Origin: Geosiphon pyriformis uo1
Lineage: Eukaryota; Fungi; Glomeromycota
Length of the DNA stretch: 64,000 nt
NCBI GenBank assembly: GCA_016748015.1
Contig: JAAOMT010000128.1
Span: forward strand, 1,123,538 to 1,187,537
Reading direction: 5' to 3'
How positions within the stretch are numbered: position 1 is the stretch's first letter; the number at the start of each line of letters is the position of its first letter. Under the pieces are notes generated by a model that did not search any database, was not told the DNA's origin, and saw only the letters and a list, made by a program, of their open reading frames with translations. This document shows positions 1 to 12,100 of the stretch, piece after piece. Position numbers and translations under genes: made by a program.

Positions 1-3000
1 CATTGAACTCATAGTTTTCTTCTTGAGTGGTGAATGCTGTTTTGGGTCTATTTTTCAGGTCCATTTCGACTTGTTAGTATCCACTTTCCAGGTTTAAAGT
101 TGAGAAGAACTTGGCTTTTCCTAGAGCATCTAGCATGTCATCAATTCTTGGAAGAGAGTAGGCATCTCCAATTGTAATACTATTCAGTTGTCTATAATTA
201 ACACAGAATCTGATTTTTCTATTTTTCTTTTTAACTAAAACTACTGATGAAGTCCAAGGACTTCTTGATGGTTGAATCAATTCATTATTGAGTATTCTTT
301 GGACCTCTTCTTTGATGAATTGGTGGCTGGCAGGTGACGCTCAATAAGCTTGTTGATGTTTTGATGGAGCATCTCCTGTATGAATCTAATGTTAAACAAT
401 ATTCATTTTTCCCAGGTCATTGTTGTCTTTTGCAAATATATCTGCAAATTTAGCTATCAATTGTTTCAATTGTCTTTGTTGTTGAGGTTCTAAGGGACTC
501 ATGTTGATTCGAAAGAGTTTTTTTTCCAAAAGATGGTAGTTTTCAGTAATGTAAATAATATTTGGATTTGGGAGTAGAGTATGCCTTACAATATCGATGA
601 AATTAGAGACAATTTGAGGGTTTTCATTTTGAAAAATATTGCTGTGTATAATTCCAATTTCTAATTTGTTTAATAAGACAATAAGATAATTATTGGAGTT
701 GTAGAATGTAACTCAAATTTTTTTTATTCCTTTGGAAATATAAACGTTTGGAATTGATATTTCATGCTTCAAACAAATTTGTTCATTGGATTCAAAAATT
801 TGTTGGGTAGTAGTAGGTTTTGAGCAAATGTAAATTTCGTGATGTTCTTCAAAAGGTGAAATAGTAATTGGTTGGGAAAGTTGAAGAATCTGATGAGATT
901 TATTTTGTATATTAAGGGCTATGTTTACTGGAACTGTAAATCGTTCAGTTGAACCAAAACCTTGCATTCCTCTTTCACTTTTTCCCAATTGTTCTCTGTT
1001 GTTAACTGATTGTAGACCCGAAATATTAATTAAGAGTAAGTAAATTGCTTGAACAATTTTTTCAGCATGTTCAATCTTGAATGGTTTGTCTGTTTCATTC
1101 TGCAACATGATAGTAATGTCTCCAGTGTATCTTGCATCTATAACTCCTTCTCTAATATTGAATTTTTTGCTTGCCAATAATGATCTGGAGGCAATTTGAA
1201 CCATTGCTCTTGGTGGTATTTCAAGAGCAATTTTGAGATTAATTTTTGTTAAGGACTTTGGTTGAAGAATCAAAGTATCTTTTTCTGGATATCTTAGATC
1301 ATATCCAGCATCAATTTCATGTGCTTTTTCTGGTCTGATTCCTTGGCCATAATTGTCGAAATATTTAAGTTGTAGAGGTGATTGTTTTTCAAGAAGATAG
1401 ATGGGAGTGGTTGGTAGTTTTTCTACTAGTTCAGATACTCCAAATTCGATTTCATTTTCATCATTCTTATTTGGCAGAGAAATGCTAAGAGCATAGCATT
1501 CTAAACACCATTGGTTGTCACAAGGCATAATACATTCTTCACACAATTGAATGTTTATTTGCTCTAATCATTGAATTTGAGCTTCTTTGGTCGGATATGT
1601 GTGGCTTGCAATTTGGTAATATGTTTCTGCTTCATCTTCATAATCAAATCCAACTAATTCCATGGTGTACTCAATGTATTCAGCTTCTTTTATTTGGCAT
1701 ACATCTTCTTGGGTGGCTCCATTGATTAAAGCCATTGCTAAGTCAAAAATCATTTCAGCATTATGTGGGTAATAGTATAGTTTATTAAGAGCACTATTGT
1801 ATGCTGCATTAAATAGTGTTCCTCTTTTTACTTTTTCCGAGATTGCTAAAGCATATTGGCAGGTTTGGTCACAAACTCCTCCTCTCATTGCAATATCAAT
1901 CCAGTTGTATTCTTCTAGTAGCATATTTCCACATGTAAGGCAAGGAGTGTTGTCCTATTTTTCACTTTTTTTAGGATATCCAAATCGTTTTTTATGGCAT
2001 GTTTTGCAAAAGTAGCAGGTACAAGTTTTATATTCCTCTTTTGGAAAAATATATGCTTCCATTGATGAAAGTTTCTTGTTGCAATCTTTGCATTTAAGTG
2101 GAATATAGGGTGGTTGTTTCCATGGTTCTGGAATAGAATATCTAACTTTCTTCCATTCTTTTGATTCTTCAAAAATCTCTTGTTCTGTTTCCTCAGTCCA
2201 ATTGGATGTTAATCCAAGTGCCATGTAGGTTTTAATAAGTGGCATTTCTTTCTCTTCTTCAAATTTAAATACTGAGGCTTTTTTTGATTGTTTGTTGAAA
2301 GTACCATAAGTAGCAGATACTATAGTGTGTTGTCCTTGGTATGAGATTTTTAATTCTTGAGTTTCCCAATCTAAGTTTGCATTGGCTTTAAGGAGCCAAT
2401 TATTTCCGACCAGAGCTTGGTATTGGGGTGCATTTATGACTAGCACTTTAACTGGAATGGTGATTCCATTAATGGTGAATGGAAAATTGTCAATTTCTTC
2501 TACTGGTGTCTTCTTTATACCATCTGCTGTAACAATTACAGTTTGGGCTGGTCTGTTAACAGTTCTTTGAAGCTGTTGTATTAACTGGTAAGTAATAATA
2601 CTTCCAGCTGATCCACTGTCTAGAATTAATTGGATGGGTTTTCCTTTAACTGTAGCTTTAGTATACATAGTAGTAATAGCTTTTTGTTCATTAGCTGCTG
2701 CATTACTAAGCAAAAATAATGATTTATTTGCTTTAAATTCGAATGGGAATATATCTAAGAGGTTGGCATTTTGAGTAATTTGAGCTGGTGGAATGGTATG
2801 GTTGGAAGAGTTTGTTCTTGGTACTGCAGCTTCACCTTTAGAAAGTGCAGGTTGTTGAAAATCTGATTCTTCAGACATTGTTAGATAACTGGATTGAGTG
2901 TGATAGTGATTGGGTCTTTGCTAACCAGAATTTCGGGGAACCAATTGGTTATTTGAGTTGATTCTGTTGTTGTTATTCTGAAATTGATTTTGGAATGTGA

Positions 3001-4003
3001 ATTGGTTATGTTGAACTAATCTTCTGGCTGGTACTTGATATTGTTGAGTGGGTGGTGTCTGATATTGCTGAATTGGTAAAGGTTGCTGATATTGTTGCTG
3101 CATTGATTGTGGAGCTGATTGATAGTAACTGTTTTAATTTTGTGGTCTTGGTAAATAATAAGTTGGTGGTAAAGATTGGTAATAAAATTGTTGTGGTAAA
3201 GAATAACGTTGATTACTCCTATTTCGTTGGTCTCTTTGCAATTTCCTGCAATCCCATTTCCAGTGTCTTGGAATTCCACAATAATGACAATTTTGAGATT
3301 GGTTGTTAGATGATGATCCAAAATTGTTTTGGTTGCATTGTTGTAAAGGTTGGTATTTTTGTGGTTGTTGCTGTTGTTGTTGGTTTGTAAAGTAGCTTTC
3401 AACTTTTTTTGTGAGTTGGTCTATCTTCTCTTCAGCTGTTGACTGAAAATCTTCTGGTCTGGAGAAATGGTTAAGTAGTGAACTTGGTGTTTGTGGTTGA
3501 ACAAATGAAATTGGAAATGGTATAATAGAAAGTGGTAATTTGACACTGATTCTTTGTTCAGATGTTTGCAAGTGTTTGACAGTTGTCTTTTGTAGTATTG
3601 GAGTGTTTGGAGTGGTTCTTAAGTATTGCTTCAATTTTTGTTTGTCTTTGTTGCTTGTTTCTGTCTCTGATTTAAAATCAATAGAGTATTGAGACTGTAC
3701 TGGGTAATTTTCTTCACAATACTCAATAATGTTAAAATTAAGTTCTTGAAAATAGGTAGCAAGTGTTTCACTGTTCAGGTCTTCTGTTCCCAATTGTGAA
3801 TAGTATACTAAATTATTGTAGAGGTTGCTTCTAACTTTTGAAATATTGTAGTTTCCAAAAAGATAATTGTTAATGCAGTTTTTAATGTATTGGTATACTG
3901 ATTTTTTAATAACTTCAATTCCATCTGGGATGTTGAATCTTTGTTTGCAGTAGGTGTAAATTGACTGGTAATACTCTAAAGTTGTGTCTGGTGTGGTTGT
4001 CAC
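1..4003 (-). pseudogene. gag-pol of E1: capsid-deleted Gag with CCHC knuckle, aspartic protease, Cys-rich domain, dUTPase, start of RT
   Basis: CHYCGIPRHWKWDC knuckle; LILDSGS protease; AGYDL/RSLLA/GVIDARYTG/RGMQGFGST dUTPase; SPWTSSVVLVKKK..IRFCVNYRQLN RT; many premature stops. Confidence 0.92.
944..1333 (-). pseudogene. dUTPase domain within E1 pol
   Basis: All five trimeric dUTPase motifs are recognisable in ORF 713..1546. Confidence 0.9.
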
Positions 4004-4030
4004 TTTGAAGTTGTTTTTGCTGTATTGTTT

Positions 4031-4046
4031 CCATGGGAAAGCACCA
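4031..4046 (-). promoter_or_regulatory. Primer-binding site of E1 (TGGTGCTTTCCCATGG)
   Basis: Starts TGG, 2 nt after the LTR end; matches the PBS of A2 and C. Confidence 0.85.
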
Positions 4047-4048
4047 AA

Positions 4049-4939
4049 TGTTACTGGAGGTTTTTGGTCTCTTTTCTTAATGTTGTTAATGTTTGTTTGT
4101 TGTAAATTCACGTTTTCTAAAAGTAGTTGAACCTCCAATAACTGAATTTATCTTCAAATTATCTCCTATAATTTGAACTGCTAGGCTTATGAGTGGAATG
4201 GCCAATTCCGTGCCTATTTTGTATAGTTACATTGTAGTAAACATCAACTTTTTCCCAGGAATTGCTCTTCTGAAAGCTCCCTAAAATGTGTAGTTACTTT
4301 ACTGTGAAAGTCAACTTTTTTACAGAAATCTCATCTGTAGGCTACCCTAATGATTGTAATAAGAAAAAAAAAAAAATATAAAAGAAATATAAAAGAAATA
4401 GAATTTTGTCAAGGAAATCGTTTTCTATTTAGGCCTGGAGTCACTAACAGCTTATTGAAATTGGTAGCTAATCAATTTCAAAAACGTTAGTTGTGTTTAA
4501 GGGAATTTCAAGTGTAATAATTTTGAGAATTTGGTTTTCAAATATTTAATTTTTATTTGATTTTGTAAAAAGTGATTTGTTTCAATTAAGATATCTAAAG
4601 TAAGATACTATAGTAAGATATGGGAAGGATACATTTTCTTGAAGAGAGAAGCTCTTCTTTTATACAACTTGTTGTAGTACTATTCTTGAACTTGCACTTT
4701 TCTTTTTTTTTTTAATTTGGGTGAACTAAAGATACATTTCAGCGAATTTACAAGTTATTTCACTGAACTAATGATTATTTCGGCAAATTTTCATTAATTT
4801 TAGCGAATTTTAACTATGTTAAATAGTTTAGGATATTGTGTAATTTGATCATCTTAATTTCTAGAATACAAATCGGATTATTGATTGAATTATAAGGATA
4901 ATTTTATGCTAATTAATAACTAAAATTCTACTGGTAACA
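4049..4939 (-). repeat. 5' LTR of E1 (family A)
   Basis: TG...CA termini with 6-bp inverted ends; homologous to the solo LTR at 32050-33019. Confidence 0.95.
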
Positions 4940-7143
4940 CCACACCTAAAAACCCAGCATCCAGACCCAAAATAAACATTTTCACACCAGGAAACTTATT
5001 CGCAATCCAAGGCTTAACACTGGAGCAAAGCTTAGTCTCAGTAACTATTAAAATATTATTATTCAAAGCTGTATGCTATTTAATTATGTCATTCTGCTTA
5101 GCAGAAACATTTATACTTCTAATATTACAAGTAGCAATTTTCCAAGTTAAACTATTCATTGGGGAAGGGAAGGGGTTACCACACCACTGCCAAAACGAAA
5201 AGAGCCCAAATTATTCAATATTGCCTTAACTGAATTCTCCAGAACCACCAGATTAGCTTCTAGGCCACCTACTTTCACAGTTAAAACTTGGGAACCACTT
5301 GGAGAAATGTCTTGAAAGATGGCAGTGATCACACCAGACACAGGAGGAATAAACAACAGAGTGTCAACAGCCATATCCAGCATCAGGTTGTGTTTGAGAG
5401 TGGAAAAAACAGAAACATCTACTGACAAAACAGCCAGCAACTTGTCCAGCTTATGTGAAATATCAGCCATCTGATCAAACACATTTTCAAGTGAACACTT
5501 GAGAACACTAATATACAAAGCCAGAATTATAACTGCAGGCATCAAACTATCATGTCTGAATTGGTCTCAATAAATAGTGTAGAAGATAAAATTTTAGGGG
5601 AGCCACTTACTACAAAAGCCCAAGTCGTACCACCAAAGAAGATTAAATGAGACATGGAAGCTTGCTTTTTGGCATAGATGAATACAAGGTGCTTTTTATC
5701 TGAATCAGAACAAAGAAATCTTTTTTTGAAACTCTGTCCAAAGTTTTTCTCACTACTGTTACATTTAGAGGAAATGTGACCAAAATTACCATATGTGGCA
5801 CACTTAGGAGAAAACAAACCAGTTCAGATGAGGTTGACACTCTTAAACACTAGTATAAAACAAATGGCAGCCTCTTTGATATCTTCAAAATCAAAACATA
5901 TGACAATATAGCAGACTCTTGTATAAGATACTAAGTTCCTAAAAATATAGCAAGTTTTTTCATCATATGACTAGACCAGACCCAAGAAATTGTGGGTAGT
6001 CATGCTCATTGGCAGAGTATATAAGAGAGCATGATAGCTGTTTCTTAAATTTCACGTTTGTTTGTCAGTATTGGCTTTGGCAACACACACCAAGTCCTTA
6101 CCTAGCAAAATTGACCATTTAGATGCAACCAGGTCAGTGACCTAAGAATTCTCAAATTTCACCAGCACTTTCTGCCAAAAACCAATCAGCTGTATTTTGA
6201 TTGAAAAAATTTTTCCATACTTGACCAAAGCTGACTTAACTGCTGATTTGGGCAGATTGACCAGAATCTTTTTGATAACAATTTTCTGATCTGATCATAT
6301 GCTGATCTTCTTTAGATCAGCATTGACAACAATATTCTTAGACACAGCCAACTGTTTAGCCAAAGTGAGACTGGATTCAGATGTGAAAGATGCCTTAATG
6401 ATGCCTGGAAATTTTGATGGAGTCAATACACTCCCAAAATTATCAATTTTGTAGAATAGCTTTCTGACACCCTTGAGTTTGTCATGTAAAGTACTTTTAA
6501 GAACAGCCAACAGACCAATATTGAGCACAAAGAATTTGGTCAGTTCAAAGCAGAGTCTCTTCTTAACAGGAGCAACTGGACGAAAAGGGGATTTCAAAGA
6601 AACAGGGGAAGGTAAGTTCATGTCAACATTATCAATGATAGAGCCAAAATCACAGAGACCCAAAGATGAAGTCTTTACTATACCAGAGTTGAAGCATTTA
6701 GCCTTTAAGGTGTTGGTACAAGAGCCCAGTAGCCTATCACTCTCACTACCAGTACCATAGCCCAAGTCTTTGCCCATCTCATGCCCTAACTTTTCATTAG
6801 AAGAAATATCTATGTTTTCATATTGGCCAAGATTGCTTGCAGATAATTTGAAAAACAAATCAGCTTTGTCATCCAAGTGTTTAACTTTTCCAAGCAAAAC
6901 CTTTGGTTTTTGCCTTAGACTACCACTCACAGAGCTTGTAGTGGCACCTCTGACTAATTTCTTTATAGACATAGTGTTGACAGCATCAGATACCAAAGGA
7001 ACAACAAAAGGATTGGTAAGTTGAGAAATTGTGAAAACCAAGCAAAATTAAAAGATAAGAAAAGATATAAAAAAAAAACAAAAACTTCTTCAGAAAATAT
7101 GCTATTTCAGGAATTTGGGATGTAGAAGAGAAAGAAATTCTTA
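4940..7143 (-). mobile_element. LINE1: non-LTR retrotransposon 5' part (5' UTR, ORF1, start of APE), interrupted by E1
   Basis: Reverse complement is closely similar to LINE2 (7915-8246 plus 18404-20285), with the same 5' terminal motif. Confidence 0.9.
5156..7041 (-). pseudogene. LINE1 ORF1 (knuckle-like CxxxxxxGHxxxxC; C-terminal coiled coil)
   Basis: ORF fragments 6295..7041, 5542..5817 and 5156..5545 are homologous to LINE2/3 ORF1. Confidence 0.8.
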
Positions 7144-7897
7144 ATTTTTTAAACAAATTTACTTATTAAAAAATAAAATAAAAACAGAATTAATACATAA
7201 ATTATTTAAATTTATTGTAATTAATTTTACAAATTTTTTAAATTTTAATATATTAATTTTTAAGTTATTAATTTTAATAATAAAAATTTTTAAATTGCTT
7301 ATATTTAAAATTAAAACCTAATATTACTAAATAAATGCAGTAAAAACATAATAAACTTGTTTATAACTATATCTAATAAGTAATTATAACAAAATATTAA
7401 TTATATTAAGAGTTAACAAAAAAAACTAATATATTTAATTTGCTAAATAATCTAAAAATTTGATTAAATAAAAGTATTAAAAACCATTCTAACCAATTTT
7501 TTACTGAAAAAATAAATAATAAAAAAGATGATTTAATATTAAATAAAAAAAAACCACCAAAATATAAACCAAAAAAAAACACTAAAATATTTATTATTAG
7601 TTATTTAATTCCAAAAAATATTTTTTAAAAACATTAATCAAATAAAAAACCATTTTTTTGGCATAAATAATTGTCAATCTGTTTTTATTAAAATTTAAAA
7701 AGGCTTTTTAGTTTTAAAAAATAAAGTTTTATTTAATTTACATATTAATACAACATAACCAAATTTTTTATAATTTAAATACAAGAAAGAATCTAACTTA
7801 ATTTAATTTTAACTACAGTTTTTAAGAATTAAAATTATAGTTAAAATTAATATTAAACTTTTATTGAATTCAAAGCAAACAATAATATATTTTACAT
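7144..7897. other. Extremely AT-rich spacer 1
   Basis: Very few G/C and no ORF; lies between the 5' ends of LINE1 and LINE2. Confidence 0.9.
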
Positions 7898-8246
7898 AAA
7901 TATATATAAAATAAAAAAACTTCTTTCTTTCCTATGTCCCAAATTCCTGAAATAGTGCATTTTCTGAAGAAGTTTTTGTTTTTTTTTATATCTTTTCTTA
8001 TCTTTTAATTTTGCTCAGTTTTCATAATTTCTCAACTCACTAATTCTTTTGTTGTCCCTTTGGCATCTGATGCTGTCAACACTATGTCCATGAAAAAATC
8101 AGCCAGAGGTGCCACTACAAGCTCTGTGAGTGATAGTCTGAGACAAAAACCAAAGATTTTGCTTGGAAAAGTTAAACACTCGGATGACAAAGCTGATTTG
8201 TCTTTCAAATTACCTGCAAGCAATCCTGGCCAATACAAGAACATAG

Positions 8247-9127
8247 TGTTACTCATAGAAAAAGAAAACAGATATAGGAAAATAGGAGACTAATAGGAGA
8301 ATAGTAGTTAGCATATGAGCACATTGCTCAGCAATGTGGAGCAATGTCAGAAAGTATGGCACATTGCTTAGCAATATAGAGCCATATCAGAAATTATGGC
8401 ACATTACTCAACAATGTGGAGCAATGTCAAGAAAATATGGCACATTGCTTAGCAATATGAGCATTGCTTGAGAAATTATAGCACATCGCTTGAGAATGTG
8501 AGTGATTTCATAGAACCCAAATTATGTATATATAGTGGTAACATTAGAAGTAGAAAAAACAGACCTCTCAGTTTAGATTTGATCTAAGCAACCTTTTATT
8601 CACAAATATCAATAAATAATTATTTACCATCTTAATCCATTCTCCACTATCAACACTTCATGTTGATAGTAAGTAATACTTAACCACATGAGAACAATAG
8701 CTTTTGATCATGACTATTGACAGGATATTAACTTACCATTGCTTTCGTTTATTTCTTTATTTTTTTTTTTATTTTTTTTGTTTTGTCATTTTGTTGGTTT
8801 TATTAAACTGATTAAAAATTAAGTGCTGAGTTATTGACGTCAAGAATAGTTTGATAAAAGACCCCAAAGAAAGGGTATAGGAATTGAGAATTTAAGAATA
8901 GCTTGCCAGAAGGGCATTTCTGTCAAGATTACCGGCCATTATGCTGAGAAAAAAATTCGATGGAATTGCGATTCCAGGAGGCTATGGAAAAGACAACACT
9001 TAAATCTCTGTCTATTATACAAAAGACTTTACAACAAAATCTTCAGATATAAACACCAAAATACCAACCCAGTATCAAGTTACAGATTTGTTATTTGACT
9101 TGAGACCCCAAATAATTATCTGTAACA
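8247..9127 (+). repeat. 5' LTR of B
   Basis: TGTTACTC...CTGTAACA; colinear with 17522-18403, and the differences inspected are transitions. Confidence 0.97.
8320..8500 (+). repeat. Five 40-41-bp tandem units with palindromic core CACATTGCTCAGCAATGTG in LTR-B U3
   Basis: Cores start at 8320, 8360, 8400, 8441 and 8482; repeated at about 17595-17775. Confidence 0.9.
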
Positions 9128-9129
9128 TT

Positions 9130-9146
9130 TAGTGCTTCCTGTGAGG
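9130..9146 (+). promoter_or_regulatory. Primer-binding site of B (T[A<G]GTGCTTCCTGTGAGG)
   Basis: 2 nt after the LTR; shares TGGTGCT with the family A PBS apart from one G>A change. Confidence 0.75.
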
Positions 9147-9190
9147 TATAATCCTACAGAGAACCAGCACCAACTACACTCATCCCAAAA

Positions 9191-12100
9191 GTGACAGAAT
9201 CAGAAAGTATAGGAGCAAACTATTTAGAATTCACGAAATTCTTATTTCAATACTACTGTTAATACTTAGGATTAAACCAAAATCATATATCAGTGGAATC
9301 AGCCTTCAATTTCTACATTAACAAGAGAATTGCATATTTGTTAGGAACACTAGTAAACACTGAATCAGCAAGAGAAACTTTTTACCATGAATTAATCCAA
9401 AACACCAGCCTACCAACAAATTATAATTTCACATTCATCATTACTGAGATTAATAAAAAAATTGAACATCACACACAACAAAGATATCCAATTACTTATG
9501 CTAGTAAAGGCAAAAAAAAATTACAAACACCAGCAGTGACACCAAAACAAATACAACCACTTACTTGGAAGAAAACCAGAGTTGAATTACCAACAAATCC
9601 ATTATACCACTATACACCTAGAAGTGCCATCAACAGGCGCGTCCACATTACATGTGACATCAACTTTTGGACGATTCCTATTTCAGAGTAAACAAAGGAA
9701 AGAAAATCTTCTAGAACCATACAGTGTGTATTTTGAAGGATTTAAGTCTTGATTGCCAATGCCATCAGGACTTTGATCTCCGCCACTTCAACCAGATTTC
9801 AGAACTGCAAGTCCCTGAAAAGTAATGGAATTAGAGAAAGAACAAAAAGAAGAGGAAAAAGAATCTGAAGATTAAGAATTTACTTATCAGAACCCAATCT
9901 TAGAGAACCTAAACATTGAAACCCCGAATTTCCAGACTCAGCAAAATCTAAATTTAGAAAATCCAGAAATTGAAACTCCAAATTTTCAAACATAGCCAAA
10001 TCAGAACAACCGAAACCCTAACTTAATTAATCAACAAAACTTATCTCCTGAAATCATTATTAATCAGCCACTAGCCGAACCCATATGACAGCCACCCCAA
10101 CAACTGCTTCAACAAATTCATCAGCCATTTGTACTGCAACAACAACAACAAATGGCATATGCATCAATTGCGAAGCTCGATAAATTCACTGGTAAAGAAG
10201 ATGACACTCAAGTCTGGCTGAATGATATAGTTAAAGCAATTACAGCCAATAACTGGGACAATGCTAGAGCCATGCAAGCAATTCCCTACTTTCTTTAGGA
10301 CACTGCCAATGCATGGTACCAAAGTCTCGCCATCAAACCCCAAAATTTTAACGAATTCAAAACCGAATTCTTGAGGTACTTTAGTAACAATAATAGCATC
10401 AACAAGTTAGCCAACACCTTCACCACAATTAAACAAGAGAAAACTGAAGCAGTTACCATTTACTTGGGATGGTTCTACAAGAACCTATGCCAAATTCAAG
10501 TGATTCAAGCTGACTATTTTACAGCACCACAAATTCTAAACCAGTTCATCTGTAGGTTGTACAGTAGTATTCTCCAACATGTACGCCCAATGCACCTATA
10601 AACTTTCCAGAACACAGTTACCAATGCACAAGATTTTGAAGCAGCTGAACTAGAAGCCAATCATGCTCAAGCCATAAACTTGGTCATGAATGAATTATCT
10701 GAATTGGATTCCAAATTAAAACAATTCAGTAATTCAATTAATCAAAAATTAGAAGGATACTTAGCTGACAATCATGCAATATATCAACCACCACAATGAT
10801 GCAATAATTTTGGAAACATAGATCATTTTCAGAATTAGTCGTGTACAACATCTTCGACCAATTAACAGTGGCAGCAGGAAACGCATATTTGCCACTATTA
10901 TGGTAGACAAGGACATTTGCAATTTAAATGTCAAAAAAAGATAAGTGACTAGAGATTAGTTAATCAGTATCAAAACTCCAATTGCCAACTACAAATTCAG
11001 AATTACGTTAGTAATCAATTAAATCCAGCTCTATATCAACAAGATTACCTACTTATGATGCAGCTGATATATCAAACACCAATGACACAACAATTATACT
11101 TACCTCTAGTCTATCAGCCTCCAGTAGCAATTTATCAACTGCAGTTCCAACCCAATTATCAGCTGCAGTCTCAGGTAAATTATCCACCCCAACAATATCA
11201 AACACTGCTATAAAACTTACCTCAAAACAGAACTCAAAGACCAATATTAATACAGCAAAGCTAGAGATCATCAATGGTAGTCTATTAACTGATCTTCAGT
11301 TCTACAACACAACCATCAGGATCTTGACCATGGAATTTGGGCACTGGATATGTCCAAAACCCGAATTCCCAGAACTATTTAAATCTCCTGGTTACTCTAG
11401 AAGATGCTCCACCCAATAATCTAGAAACCAACCAAAAACAATCACTCACCAACAACATACCTCTAGCCACCATCACTAACAACGAATCACTAGCAGTAAT
11501 TTTTTCATTCAAACTTGAAGAAACTACACCAGTCCCATTATTTAGTGGAACCACTCTTGACACCAAACCAATCACCACTATGTACACTAATGCCAAAATC
11601 AATGGTCACTTCATCAAACTAATCCTAGATAGTAGATCAGCTGGCAGCATTATTACAAAGCAACTCATGGACCAATTAGGTCACCAAGTTGATTGTGCTG
11701 CCAGTGCTAGAATCATAACTGCCGATGAAGCAACCAAAACTCTCATTGGTAAGATTGATGACTTCCTTATAGAAGTTAATGGCATCATTATACCAATCAA
11801 AGTATTAATCATAGAAGCCACCCAATACCAAGCACTCATTAATAATGATTGGCTATCTAAAACCAATGCATTATTTGATTGGAATATGCAGGAGCTTCAA
11901 ATCAGCCAGAACAGACAACACACATGTGTACCAGCTATGTGTGACCACTTCACGACCACCAACTTGACAGCACCACTCATAGAGTTTGAAGAAGAAAAAG
12001 AAAAACCTATCTGGGAAGCTTATCAAGTGTCTTTGGCCAGTGAAGAACACAACAAGCTACTGTCAGTACCTTTATGGAATGACAATAATAGAAAAGAAAA

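Larger units (their letters stand above)
1..4939 (-). mobile_element. Ty3/Gypsy LTR retrotransposon, family A, copy E1 (5' half; continues off the left edge), inserted in LINE1
   Basis: 5' LTR 4049-4939 with TGTTAC...GTAACA ends and a PBS. Gag, PR, dUTPase and RT fragments (4138, 2878, 1924, 1546, 280) are all in one frame. Outer flank CCAC at 4940-4943. Confidence 0.95.

Noticed and set aside
944-1333. Host dUTPase gene
   Set aside because: It is in frame within pol in four independent element copies.
1797-3309. Short antisense and alternate-frame ORFs in the track (e.g. 1797..2015, 2382..2570, 3052..3309 and many similar ones elsewhere)
   Set aside because: These are shadows of TE coding strands with skewed composition and have no independent motifs.
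7948-7972. Hammerhead ribozyme core (GAAA...CTGAAGA) at the LINE 5' end
   Set aside because: Only about 11 nt separate the motifs, too short for stems I and III, and the core is not kept in LINE3/4.
8320-8500. CRISPR-like palindromic repeats with spacers
   Set aside because: The spacers are related to each other, the array is duplicated within both LTRs, there are no cas genes, and the context is eukaryotic.
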